Source of the DNA: Albugo candida
Taxonomy: Eukaryota
Assembly: GCA_040437565.1 (NCBI GenBank)
Contig: JBDOQK010000071.1
Coordinates: forward strand, 62,001 to 126,000
Length of the DNA: 64,000 nucleotides
Direction: 5' to 3'
Shown piece after piece: positions 1 to 12,100 of this stretch. A program made the position numbers and the translations under genes. How positions within the stretch are numbered: position 1 is the stretch's first letter; each line of letters begins with the position of its first letter. Under the pieces are notes generated by a model. That model saw only the letters and a program-made list of their open reading frames with translations, did no database searches and had not been told where the DNA came from.

Positions 1-399
1 TCCAAAAGTAGAAGAGAATGTCGATTATATAATTTGATAAATCCAAACAGTGCGATAAGAACACTCGACAAAGAATTCTAAGGCTATCACTCAAAGTATT
101 AGATCGGGTCTATAACTTATAATAAAGTGAAAACCATCGAATAGATTTGAAATAAAAGGAGCATTTTGCAGCACGTTCACATCATCTTTTTCAATACGAT
201 CGAAAATCAATATAAAAATCGCAACGATCTCATTTTCAATGATATAACATTCCACACAGAAAATAAACGTGTTGTCGTCTAAAGCGCTCCTTCCGCTCAC
301 TTTGAAAATCGACAATTCCATACACAAACCTGTCCTTCAAGCGGGTAAAGTAAACTGGAAACACGCTTCTCGTTCGCAGCTATTCCATTCGCTGATGAA

Positions 400-1175
400 A
401 TGTCAGCAATCCCAACTATACCACAAATAGTGTGTCCCACACTCTTCCTCCCAACGAGAGAAATGCGTTCGATGAAACTCTCAATGACGCCGCTGCGCCA
501 TTTAAGCAAACACACTCGTGGAATTTCAACTGTAAAGCTACCCGATCTCCCATATGACTACTCGGCACTGGAACCTGTCATTTCTGGCCAAATAATGGAG
601 CTGCATCACGCGAAACACCACCAAACGTACGTGAATGGATACAACCAAGCTTTGGAGCAGTACCATGACGCAGAAGAGAAAAAAGAGTATGGGAAAATGA
701 TTGCACTACAACCTGCCCTCAAATTCAACGGAGGAGGACATATCAATCACTCCATTTTTTGGACCAATTTGACTCCAAAAACTCATGCGACAGAGCCCAC
801 GGGCGCGCTTAACGATGCGATCGCAAGTGAATTTGGATCGTTGGAAGCGCTTCAGAGTCAATTCAACGCTAAAACTGTCGCTATCCAAGGGTCAGGATGG
901 GGATGGCTTGGATTTTGCAAGCAGCAGAAGCGTCTTGTTATTACAACGCTTCCCAATCAAGATCCATTGGCTACCACGGGTCTAATTCCTCTGCTCGGGT
1001 GCGTTTTCTTTGATTGAATTTTTATGGATTCTGATTGTATTGCTGCAGAATTGATGTCTGGGAACATGCATACTACTTGCAGTATAAAAATGTCCGTGCG
1101 GATTACTTGAAATCCATTTGGCAAATTATCAATTGGAAAAATGTTGCAGAACGCTTCCAAGTTGCAAAGGCTTGA
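400..1175 (+). CDS. SOD2: Mitochondrial Mn/Fe superoxide dismutase, 2 exons (intron 999..1048)
   Basis: Motifs [35 protein letters not shown] and QGSGWGW. Splicing a 50-nt GT-AG intron restores [17 protein letters not shown]. The true start may be a downstream ATG (463/472/484); the N-terminus is transit-peptide-like. Confidence 0.95.
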
Positions 1176-1590
1176 AAAAACGTATTCTGTGAGAAATAAT
1201 GAAAAATGAGAAGAATTGCTCTCTGAATGTGGCTCTTTTTTTCTGTGCATCTCATAAAACGATACAAGGGCAAAGGTACGCTCGGAATGCCTCTATAGAC
1301 GTGAGATCTCCTTTCTCCGATGGATTTGACTGCGGGCACGTCATTTCCATACAAAAAGTAAGTCAAAGTAGGACTGCAACTCAGTTATTCGCAAATCGAT
1401 GACATTTGTCACTGAATCCGTTCCAAAAAGTATATGAGTCGATACGACTGCTTTTATTTCATCAAAACGCCCAAATTCCAATCGGTAGCCCAGCGACAAA
1501 CTCCTACTGAGCGAATTGTCTTTTGTGGAGAAAGAAGAAATCTGCAGAGGCGTCGACCCAAATGTAAGGAATCACTAAAAAGCATCACAT

Positions 1591-2461
1591 TTAATTATCG
1601 CCCAATAATTGTCGTAAAGCTTCCTGTTCTTCGAATGATTCCGCCGCTAAAATACGCCGATTATCGACAATTTTGATAATTTCTCCCGTCTTTGTGAATT
1701 GTATTATCAGATACACATATTCATTCTTCTTCATCGTCTGATTCACTTCAGCAAACACATACGCGTGTCCCAAAGGTCCTTTGATGTTATATTTGATACT
1801 ATGATCCAAATGTCAGCTCCAATACATTTCTATCATTTTCAAGTGTACCGAAGTCGTGGATTGCCGTCTTTATCTTTGAGGTCTACATGCTCGATACGAT
1901 TCCGACGACCTTCGCGATGCCCTCCATGATCGTGACCGTACCCGTGCACTGGCAAGCCAATACGGCTGGTAACCTATCCATTCATACGCAGTCAGACACA
2001 TCGCCGACTGAGATTTCTATCGTACGTCTGTGTTATTGGAAACGAACTCCAAAGTCTCACTAAATAAGCCGTTGGGACTCATTCGGCTAAATGTGTAAAA
2101 TGTCAGAAGAGATGGAAATTGGTGCTACAATTTACTTTGGTAATAGCTCTCGAATGACGAAATAGACGCCAACAGCGCCCAATCCAATGAAACCACACCA
2201 TAAACTGCCTTTGAATGTCGCAGTGACTTTTTGGTATGGCGTTAACACGAGTGCATCAGAGGAGGATTCACGCTAGCCATTGAGAATAGAAAGAAAGACG
2301 ATATTGTAGCGATTGGAGTGGTCACAGACCTTATTTTCGTGTTGAGGAGGAGCAGACGTTACAAAGGAACGATGTCTTTGTGTGTATACCGGTGAGAATC
2401 GTTGAGATCCATTGAGAACGTGACGAAAGGATCGATAAAGTTGCGGTGCGCGTACAGCCAT
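1591..2461 (-). CDS. TIM21: Mitochondrial inner-membrane translocase subunit Tim21-like, multi-exon
   Basis: Arg/Ser-rich presequence MAVRAPQLYRSFRH. Internal exon GLPVHGYGHDHGGHREGRRNRIEH. Last exon IKYNIKGPLGHAYVFAEV..EYVYLII resembles the Tim21 IMS domain. Confidence 0.75.
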
Positions 2462-3701
2462 TCGAGGTCGAGAAGTACAGTAATGGATCGAATAGAAGGT
2501 GAGTTGCGTGTAGTGGAATCTTTGCGATTCGTTGAGTTGTTTGCAGACGTGTCCGATAAATGACAATTGATTGATGGTTTTCGATAGCGCCTTTGACGAA
2601 TTACATGAATGACTTCTCTATCTGTGAATTGAGATGTACGCATACGTTATAAGAGGAAGAAGTAAGGTGAAAGCGGTACGAATTCGTGAAAACTGTCACC
2701 TTCCGTGACGAAGCATTTGTTATCAGTCGTTGCGTAGTATCTCGTTTTTATCTATGTCAAAAGTATCACTCTGTCGACTTTCCTCCTCTTATCGACGCAA
2801 TGGCTCGACTCCAACACTTTAGCTCTCAACCATTAGCACAATAGGACTAGCAATTGATTTACACAATGTGTATGGAGCTTTATGGCGAACGCATATCTTC
2901 CACTCCTCTTACATATCGCGTAAATCAATTCATCATACGAATTTCAATGGTACTTTAGTCAACGCGTTGATAACATTTATATTCGATGCACTTGCTATTG
3001 CCTCATNNNNNNNNNNNNNNNNNNNNNNNNNNNNNNNNNNNNNNNNNNNNNNNNNNNNNNNNNNNNNNNNNNNNNNNNNNNNNNNNNNNNNNNNNNNNNN
3101 NNNNNNATCTCGTTTTTATCTATGTCAAAAGTATCACTCTGTCGACTTTCCTCCTCTTATCGACGCAATGGCTCGACTCCAACACTTTAGCTCTCAACCA
3201 TTAGCACAATAGGACTAGCAATTGATTTACACAATGTGTATGGAGCTTTATGGCGAACGCATATCTTCCACTCCTCTTACATATCGCGTAAATCAATTCA
3301 TCATACGAATTTCAATGGTACTTTAGTCAACGCGTTGATAACATTTATATTCGATGCACTTGCTATTGCCTCATACATTATACGGTGCAAAGACGCGGAA
3401 AGTCATCAATTGGCTCGTTATGCAAAGACACGGCAATTTGTCTGACGCGTCTCTGTGTGTATTACTGTATCTCACTTTATACAGTCACATGGAATAGCGT
3501 CTGATTGGCAATAATTCTATTGGGTGTATCGGTCGATTGTCGCAATTTCAGTCAATTTTCGATACAAATTGCCTTCAAATCGAATGAGAAGAAAAAATCG
3601 TTTCTAAAAAAGATCGATAATCAATTGAGATAATGCCGTCGATAACGGATCCAATGTCGGATTCTTTCTCAACGTGCAGCGAGTCCGATGGAATGGATGG
3701 A

Positions 3702-4391
3702 TCAGAATATTTCCAATAGGATAAGCTCTACGACATGATCCTCATCAAGCTCACGGTCGAGATACAAGGCGAATTCGCCGGATTGCATGATGAACACATC
3801 TCCAGGCCACATCTCATCGGAATGAATTCTTTGTAACGAGTCGGGTGCCAAAATGACTCGAGGAGACTCCGTAGAGTGTTTCATCTGTAGCTTGCAAGGA
3901 TCGAGAACGACAAGAACCGTTTTTGTGCTGAGTACAAACTGAATGGAATCCGTGCTTTCGATTCTCATTCGATACACGCGACAATGCTCATCTTCTTCTA
4001 AAAACGTCATCGCTGGATGTGCCAAATGCTGAAGTAAAGTGTTTGGTAGTCGGATCGTTGCATTTTGCAATTCGATTTCCAAAATGTAAATGTCGTTGTC
4101 CTTTGCTGTAACTTGATGAATAAGACGATCTTCCCAGTGATTTCTGCAAAAAACTTGCTTGTGGTGCTTTTCGAGTGCTCTAGGCGATTGTCCGATAGGC
4201 TGTTCTATCGCCAATACGTCCGACATGCAAATGTAGACTCCATACTTAATATGCTGATGCCAAAGACAAGAAGTGTTGGCGGGGATCTTTGCATCCACAA
4301 TTCGAATAACAGCGTCGCAGTATCGTTCTCTATGCAAAGGCTCTTTCTCAACCGGAACAAAGTCCATACGCATCCATTTTGTTTCGACCAT
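3702..4391 (-). CDS. Intronless cupin-fold-like protein (possibly two cupin-like repeats), function unknown
   Basis: EPLHRERY..IRIVDAKIPANTSCLWHQH..GVYI resembles cupin motif 1 (HxH). A second degenerate repeat reads EDEHCRVYRMRI. First in-frame ATG is at 4391. Confidence 0.6.
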   Translation of the reverse strand: MVETKWMRMDFVPVEKEPLHRERYCDAVIRIVDAKIPANTSCLWHQHIKYGVYICMSDVLAIEQPIGQSPRALEKHHKQVFCRNHWEDRLIHQVTAKDNDIYILEIELQNATIRLPNTLLQHLAHPAMTFLEEDEHCRVYRMRIESTDSIQFVLSTKTVLVVLDPCKLQMKHSTESPRVILAPDSLQRIHSDEMWPGDVFIMQSGEFALYLDRELDEDHVVELILLEIF

Positions 4392-4463
4392 AATAGAGGA
4401 CGGTCGACACCGACGCGTCACAATTCATTTTGAAGCCATTGAGAATATCTGTTTCCTGCAGCG

Positions 4464-6851
4464 ATGGCCGAAGCGCATCAAGCAACCGGCGTCTTTGAAG
4501 AGCACAAACGTGGCATCGATCTGATGTACTCGGAGGAAGGCATACGCGTCTCGTTTGTAATTCCTCCCTTGAGTGAGATCCGTAAGATATCGCTTCGCTC
4601 TTTCTTTCGTCTACAGAATGCCGTCAAAAGGGGCGTCTATCCAGCACCTCCATACGTGACATTCATAAGTATGGCGATAGTGATCATGATTGTATCGCGT
4701 TCATCGTCAAATTCATGGTGGCGTACGAGTTGGCTAGCACAGCTTGTTTGGGATATCGGCAATGTACTCATTCCGTTCTCCTCTCGGATTCCTCGAGCTT
4801 TGTATGTGGCGTATCTAGCTGCATGGGCTTCTTTCTTGGGATTCCTGATTCTGATGTGGCTTCAACGACTTTTTCTCCGTTGTTTATTGAGTTATCATGG
4901 CTGGCTGTATCTTGCTCCGAAAGAATCGAATCGAACAGTCATTTTTTGGGCCGCTTTGTTGAAGATGTTTAGCGGGAGAAATCCTTCAACGTTTTCCTTC
5001 CAAGGTGCGCTGCCACGACTTCCGGTTCCTCGACTGGAAGATACGATCAATCGGTATGTTGCTTCCATCCATCCGCTTGTTACAGAAGAAGAACACGACG
5101 AGATAAAGGCGATGGGGCAAGCATTTCTTCATAACGAGGGTCCCAAACTGCAATTATATCTCAAGTGTAAGAGCTGGTGGGCCAAAAACTACGTGACAGA
5201 TTGGTGGGAGCGATATGTGTATCTAAAGGGGCGAACGTCGTTGATGATTAAAAGCAATTACTATGCGCTTCCCGGTCGAAATCTTCAGATCAAACTCGCA
5301 AGTAGTAGATTAGCGCATGCAGCATCACTGATATATCGAACTATGTGCTTCAAACAGTTGTTAGATCGAGAACAACTCCCTCCTCTTCTGATTCGGGATC
5401 TTGTTCCTTTGTGTATGGCTCAATATCATCGGATATTTTCCACCACTCGGATTCCTGGTCGTGAAGAAGACGTATTGAGAAAATTTTCCAGCTCGAAACA
5501 CTTGGCTGTTCTTTGCAAAGGTCAATGGTTTATCATGCCTCTCTTTGGCAAGGGCAAAGCCGGAAAGTTGCTTTCTGCATTCGAACTGCAACGGCAATTG
5601 GAATCCATTGAAAGTATGGCTAAGATGGGTGAGGTAATTGGTCATTCAGGACAAGAAACCGAAGAAAACTCCATTGCTGCCTTAACTGCTGACGGGCGGA
5701 TCGCTTGGGCTGAAAATCGTGAAAAGTATTTCTCGGAAGGAATCAATAAGAAATCCTTAGAAGCGATTGAATCTTCAGTATTTGTCGTGGTACTGGAAGA
5801 CTTGACGATGAACGACTGGACCAGTATGGGTAAAGATTTGTTGCACGGCAATGGAGGAAATCGATGGTTCGATAAGAGTTTCCAGTTGATCGTTTACTCA
5901 AACGGAGTTGCAGGCTTTAACGCTGAACATTCTTGGGCAGACGCACCCGTTATGGCTCATGTTTGGGAATACGTCAATACAATGCAAGTCATTGCATCTC
6001 CTTTTGATGCCAAACGAAACCTTAGAATCACTTCAGAACGTGAACGGACTTCCGTTCTTCCAGTGTGTGTGAGATTACGATGGTCTATTGACGACGCATT
6101 GCGATCAGCCGTTCAAAGCGCGCTGAGAGATGCACGAATTGCCATTTCTGATCTTGATCTGAAGGTCATTGTGCATGAGGCTTTCGGCAAAGGTCTGATC
6201 AAAAAGTTCAATGTATCGCCTGATGCATTCATCCAAATGGCACTGCAATTGGCATATTACCGTCAATCGAGCACATTCACGCAGACCTATGAGTCGAGTA
6301 TGACGCGATTATTTCAAGAAGGTCGTACTGAGACTGTCCGTCCTGTGACAGATGCGTCCAAGGCTTTTGTCTTGTCGATGGAGGATTTATCGACCGCACG
6401 TGAGCGCAAACTTGAGCTGCTTCAAGAGGCTTGTGCGAAACATCAGACGGCTTATCGGGATGCTATGTGCGGTAAAGGCATCGATCGACATTTGTTCACT
6501 TTGTATTGTGTGTCTGTGGGTTTCCAAATCGAATCTCAGTTTCTCAAAAACGCACTTAGTCGACCATGGCGATTATCGACGAGTCAACAGCCACAATGTC
6601 AAACAAAGTACTGGGCCCAAGCTGTCGACGCGCTGAAAGGATCGAGTCAGTCGATCGAAGATTATCAATCTCCGGGCGGGGGCTTTGGTCCCGTTGCAGA
6701 AGATGGGTACGGAGTTTCGTATATGATTCCGAACGAAACATCGATTTTCTTCCATATTTCGAGCATTAAATCATGTGAAGGCACCAGTTCCGAAGCATTC
6801 GCACGACATTTGATCACAGCATTTGCAGATATACGAAACCTTTTGCAGTAG
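4464..6851 (+). CDS. CPT1: Carnitine O-palmitoyltransferase 1 (CPT1-type, N-terminal TM segments)
   Basis: Starts MAEAHQA, followed by two hydrophobic segments. Motifs LPRLPVPRLEDT, NYVTDWWE, NRWFDKS, catalytic EHSWADAP, TYESSMTRLFQEGRTETVR, GKGIDRHL, LSTSQ and GGGFGPVAEDGYGVSY. Confidence 0.95.
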   Translation: MAEAHQATGVFEEHKRGIDLMYSEEGIRVSFVIPPLSEIRKISLRSFFRLQNAVKRGVYPAPPYVTFISMAIVIMIVSRSSSNSWWRTSWLAQLVWDIGNVLIPFSSRIPRALYVAYLAAWASFLGFLILMWLQRLFLRCLLSYHGWLYLAPKESNRTVIFWAALLKMFSGRNPSTFSFQGALPRLPVPRLEDTINRYVASIHPLVTEEEHDEIKAMGQAFLHNEGPKLQLYLKCKSWWAKNYVTDWWERYVYLKGRTSLMIKSNYYALPGRNLQIKLASSRLAHAASLIYRTMCFKQLLDREQLPPLLIRDLVPLCMAQYHRIFSTTRIPGREEDVLRKFSSSKHLAVLCKGQWFIMPLFGKGKAGKLLSAFELQRQLESIESMAKMGEVIGHSGQETEENSIAALTADGRIAWAENREKYFSEGINKKSLEAIESSVFVVVLEDLTMNDWTSMGKDLLHGNGGNRWFDKSFQLIVYSNGVAGFNAEHSWADAPVMAHVWEYVNTMQVIASPFDAKRNLRITSERERTSVLPVCVRLRWSIDDALRSAVQSALRDARIAISDLDLKVIVHEAFGKGLIKKFNVSPDAFIQMALQLAYYRQSSTFTQTYESSMTRLFQEGRTETVRPVTDASKAFVLSMEDLSTARERKLELLQEACAKHQTAYRDAMCGKGIDRHLFTLYCVSVGFQIESQFLKNALSRPWRLSTSQQPQCQTKYWAQAVDALKGSSQSIEDYQSPGGGFGPVAEDGYGVSYMIPNETSIFFHISSIKSCEGTSSEAFARHLITAFADIRNLLQ

Positions 6852-7347
6852 CGGCGCAAATGCGGCAATACGATGTGAGCAAAGCAAAGAGAATTGAAAA
6901 GTGAGAGTTTGTTGAACTTCAACTTGTTGAGCAGAGTGAATGTAGCATCTTGACTGTTAAAATATAAAAATAAATGTATAGCGTGAAATCAGTTTTGTGA
7001 ATTGTAGCACTTGAGAAAAAGTAAGTCGACAACGCGTACAATTAAATTTGCTGAAAGATTGTATGTTGCGCAACAAGTTGAAGTTTAATTGTCGAGCAGA
7101 GTGAAGGTGCTCGAATCGTAGAAGTAAGCAAAAGATTGACCAGAGTGATTGTAATCGTCCCGAGTTGAAGTTTAAATTTTCAAAAGTGAATTCGTCGTGA
7201 AGACGAAGCTTATCAATGAGAGTGAATGTCATATTATAAAGTGAAGCGCTAATAACAAATTTATACACTCTCTTACTTGAGCAAAAATGTATTAAATTGC
7301 GAGTTAAGGGTTCCCAGAGGGAATAAGTCCTTATGACAAGGTGATAT

Positions 7348-8536
7348 TCAAACATCTGGAAGTGACTGTACGGCCATTGCCAAAGCTCCTTCATAATTCT
7401 TGTTCCCGCCAACGAAGCCAGCATTGTGTACAAATATACAATTTGGAATATTGCTCTTTGCGCTCAATTCTTCACCACGTAATCCTCGCCAAGATTCATT
7501 CAGACCTTTTCGTAATGTAAAAGCTCCGGGACCGGTATTAACTGCTTGTACACGCACCGTATTTTCGGTAGATTCGTGATAGACGCAAAATAGGATTTGT
7601 TGAGCGGGACTTGTATTGTGTGCTTCTTCCACTTCAAACAAGTGCGATTTCCAGGGGCAGTATTGAGGAAAGTATAGTATACGACCAGAAGGATGGATTT
7701 GGTGTCTCTCTTGAAACGCTGCCTCGACAAAAGAACGCGCCGGTAACCAGACGTGAATGCAATGAAGAACCGTTTCAATGAATTCTGTGACGGTCAGGTA
7801 CATGGCATCTTGGAAACGAGCATTGACGTAGTCCACTTCATCACAACGAGGATCATTCCAGCTCGCATTGAGATAACTCACACGACTCGACAAAGTTGTT
7901 GACACCTGATAATTGAGCGGTTGGGACGTCTCAGCCACTCCTACGCCATTATCGATCCCGTCAATATGTTCAATGAACGAGGTATACACTTTTTCGTATA
8001 CCATATCAACTTTTTCGGAAGATAGTACAGCCGGAAGCGGATTAGTAGACCCTGTCGTTGGCTGGATTGATAGTTGAGATAAAAGTTGAATGATATCGCG
8101 TCCATAATGCCTGTTCATAAGAGCTATTGTAAAAGGCACACATGAATTTGCCACTGTAAAGCGCTTACTTATAGACGAGCCCAGCACTTGATAACTTGAT
8201 CTTGTGATTTTCATTGAAAGTAGAGTTAAATCCTTTTTGATGATGGTCAAACCGGTTCGTATTTGGCTCGTAGACCCCCCCGACGTCAGCGACCGCGTCA
8301 CAGATCTCTGTCCCAAGTTTCGAAGGTTCTCGAGTGCGTAAGATGTCATGATTCTTATACTTTGGGAGTAGTTTAAGTAAAGATACCGCAAGTGCCTCAT
8401 CGCAATGAAAGGTTCCATGGTGAGTACCGATATATCGTTTACCTTCTTGCACAGATGAAGATATCACGGTGTTCCGAAATGCCGCACAGATGGACGAAGT
8501 TGCCACTAGAGTGGCTGCAGTAGTAGGTCGAGCCAT
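7348..8536 (-). CDS. MYG1: MYG1 family exonuclease (UPF0160), 2 exons (intron 8111..8168)
   Basis: Motifs [54 protein letters not shown] and [10 protein letters not shown]. Confidence 0.95.
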
Positions 8537-8957
8537 GAACGATTGGCTAAAAGATGATTAGTAATTTGTGCACACACAACAGGGGTGAAATGTTCTTTCT
8601 TAGGTAGAGTAGGGCGACACATAAAATGATCCAATCATTTGCATTGTACAAAATGTAGCCCTGGTCCTACCCTAACACATCAGCTACGAACGGCCTTCAA
8701 GCAAGTCAAGTATACGGAGCGCACTTAGGCAACATAAAAGATAGAGCTTTGCTCAGCGCTGTTGTATAGTCAACTCAATCCCAATTGAATTCTTTTGTTG
8801 ACGCAAGTAGCCAACATACTCTAATATAACGGCAATACTTGCGCTTCAGCAAAGCGAGTAACAGCACACAGGGACCAGTTACACGTTCAGTAGTGTCACG
8901 TCTTGGATCAACACAACTTACTCGACTGAGACGCATTTACAAAGTTCCGCATTCAAA

Positions 8958-11837
8958 ATGACGAGTATGGGAACTTTGAACGGTTTTCGCACCGTCGCGG
9001 CGCGTCAGAGTATAGAGATTCGTCACCGACAGGAAAATGCACGTGGTCGTGGAGGCAGTCAAGATGGGTCTACACGAAGTGAATCATCAATAGCAGACAT
9101 GCGTATTGCCACACGAAATTCGGCACCACCTGTTGCGCACATAACGAGCGATTTTGAAAAACGTAATGAGCTACCCGATCCGGGAATGATCACAATTGTG
9201 GGTCATGTTGCTAGTAAAATGGGCGTACTTTCAAAACGTACTTCCGGAACGATGGTATCGTGTTGGAAAGAACGATTTTTCGTATTATCAGAAGGATACT
9301 TATCGTACTATAAAAAAGGAAACTATAGTTTCTTTAACCCTGATCGCGATCAGATGGCTTACTTGAAGGGTGGTGTACACCTATTTCCAGACTCAATCGT
9401 ACGGAAATGTCAAGTGGATGATCGAGTCAATTGTTTCGAGGTCATCACACCCAGAAGGAAATTTGTAGTACAAGCGGCCTCTATTAAGGAAGCAGATGTT
9501 TGGATCAAATGTATCACTGCGCATATTGAAGCATCCGTTATTCAACCCGTAAGCAGCATAAAATCATCCAATCATATTCCTACCTGCATGAGTACGACGA
9601 GTGAAGGTCATTCCGACAAAAGTAAAGAAGCTTCAAGTTCAACATTGTCGGAAGGTGATGAAAGTCAACGCAAAGCAGTGGACCCCAAGGAAGCAATCAT
9701 CAAGCATTTGCTGGAAGAAAATAAACAACTCCGCAACATGCTCGCAGCCAAGAACAAGCTCATGGACGAGCTCGATCTCAGCGGTCTGTGGAATTCGCAC
9801 GAAGTTGCCCCTACAGAAGGAGGGGCTACTATTGAGACAAATACAAAAACTCTTGAAGTGCATGAGGGCACCCATGAAGATGGTACCGGTTATCGTACCG
9901 GTAGCCGAAAACCAACCGCGCCACAAAATATTTTGGATTTTCGCGATCTCCGAAAAAAACAAATTCAGCTTTTCGATGCGGCCGAAGTCGGAAAGCACAG
10001 AACCGTTATATTCCTATTGGACAACGATGTGATCGATGTGAACAGTATCGGTATCAATCAAACGACAGCATTGCACGTAGCGGCACAAAAAAATCACGCA
10101 CGTGTTGTGAAGGAATTACTGATACGAGGAGCTGATCACACCGCACGGAATGGTGATGGACATACTCCACTTCATCTCGCAGCTCAGAATGGGAATTTAT
10201 TGTGCGTTTGCGAGTTACTAGAAGCTGGAGCGAATCCAAACACGACCGATGGTGTTGGAAACGGAGCGATTCACTTTGCAGCGGAAATAGCCGATATCAA
10301 CATCACGAGAAAGCTTATTGCAGCAGGAGCTCATATAAACGTACCCAATTCAAATGGAGCCCATCCAGTTCATTTATCGCCGATTGGACATCCGATTCGT
10401 GTGCTATTGGGGAGTGGAAAGAACGCGGCGATGGAAACCGATTCCAAAGCGTTGGAAGCAGCGAGTGGTCGACGGGAATTAAATGATACGCAGACGTATC
10501 ATGTGGCATTCAAAAATCGATATCAAAAGAATTTGGCGCTTGGACCGCGAGATTTCGAGTTCGTAAAAGTGCTTGGAAGAGGAGCCTTTGCCAAAGTGTA
10601 CATGGTGCGTGGACGTGGAGCGAATCAAGACAAATGGTACGCATTAAAAGCGTACAACAAACAAGCAATCATGCAGAAGAATCAAGCACAATACATCTAC
10701 ACGGAGAAGAAAGCACTCCAAGCGTGTTCGGATCATCCTTACATTGTGTCCTTGTACTATGCTTTCCAATCGCGAGATCGATTGTTTCTAGTTATGGAGT
10801 ATTGCGGTGGAGGCGATTTGTTATCCGTATTGACTCGAAGAAGAGTGTTTAGCGAACCGGAAGCAGCATTTTACATTGGGGAAATTGCGCTCGCATTGAC
10901 TCATTTACATTCGAAAAACATTGTCTTCCGTGACTTAAAGCCGGAGAATGTCGTCATGGATCTGGATGGACACTGTTTACTGACGGATTTCGGTATTTCC
11001 AAGAATGGAATCAAAGACCAAACGTCTGCAAATACATTTTGTGGCTCGCCAATGTATCTTGCTCCCGAAATGCTTCTTCGATCCGGGTACGTCATTCTCT
11101 CTTTTTTGATGAATGATTCTGATATTTTCGGATGAAAAGGCACGGATTTGCGTTGGATTGGTACTCTGTGGGCGCCTTACTCTTTGAGCTATTGACCGGT
11201 CTTCCTCCATTTTACGCCAACAACAAGAAGCAATTATTTCAAAATATCTTACGTGGCAACTTGGTTTTTCCCGATTATTTATCCGATAACGCACGCAATC
11301 TGATCCAACGACTGCTTCATCGCGATCCAAACAAGCGTTTAGGCTCCGGTCCATCTGGCGATCAAGAGATTTTTGTACGTCTCACATGATCACATATCCT
11401 TATGACTCAACTTGTATGCGTAGAATCATCCATTCTTTGACGGTTTGGACTGGAAATTACTTCGAAAACGCAAATTACAACCTCCATTCCGTCCCGTTGT
11501 GGATAAAAATATGGTTTCTGTGCCAGACACATCGAATTTCCCACGAGCATTTACTGACCAAGACATCACTGATGCTGAAAGAGGATTAGAGGACACCATG
11601 CGCAATCGAAAGGAGCAGGAAGACACGCCGGAAAATGAACGAAAACGAATGATGCGACATCGAGCAAGTCAATTGTTCCGAAATTTTGATTTTGCGCCGG
11701 AATTGGATTTGGATCGCGAAGCAAAAGAATTGGAAAAGGTGATGATGTTGAGTGGAGATGATGGTAAGGAGAAGGAAGAGACGCAAGTGGATGTGGAAGT
11801 GGAAGTAGAGCCATCAGAAGATGTGCTTTCATTGTGA
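8958..11837 (+). CDS. AGC-family Ser/Thr kinase with N-terminal PH domain and ankyrin repeats; introns 11087..11139 and 11375..11423
   Basis: PH domain (WKERFFVL..YYK..W). Ankyrin TALH/TPLHLAA repeats. Kinase motifs GRGAFAKV, FRDLKPEN, DFG, TFCGSPMYLAPE and DWYSVG. AGC tail PPFRP..TSNF..FRNFDF. Confidence 0.92.
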
Positions 11838-12100
11838 AAGTGTGAGAGGCGTTTTATTGTATAAAGGAAATAATTGATTGGGTAGAAATGAGATGGAATA
11901 GCCAATGAGGAAGGGGGATTCACGTGGGTAGTAGAGCATTGATGATTGGATAGAAATGAGATAAATTGCCAATAAGATGCGGGGAGGTGTGAGTAGGTCC
12001 GACGTACGTAAGACGGTATGATTGGATGAAAGTGGGAATCATTATCCAATTATGTGCTGGTAGATACGGCGTACTTTGGAAAGATTCTGTGAAGGAAACG

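Noticed and set aside
2868-3445. Duplicated short ORFs MYGALWRTH..
   Set aside because: They have non-ATG starts and no homology, and the duplication is a gap artefact.
6957-7433. 158-aa minus-strand ORF overlapping the MYG1 3' end
   Set aside because: It has a non-ATG start, AT-rich low-information composition and no recognisable motifs.
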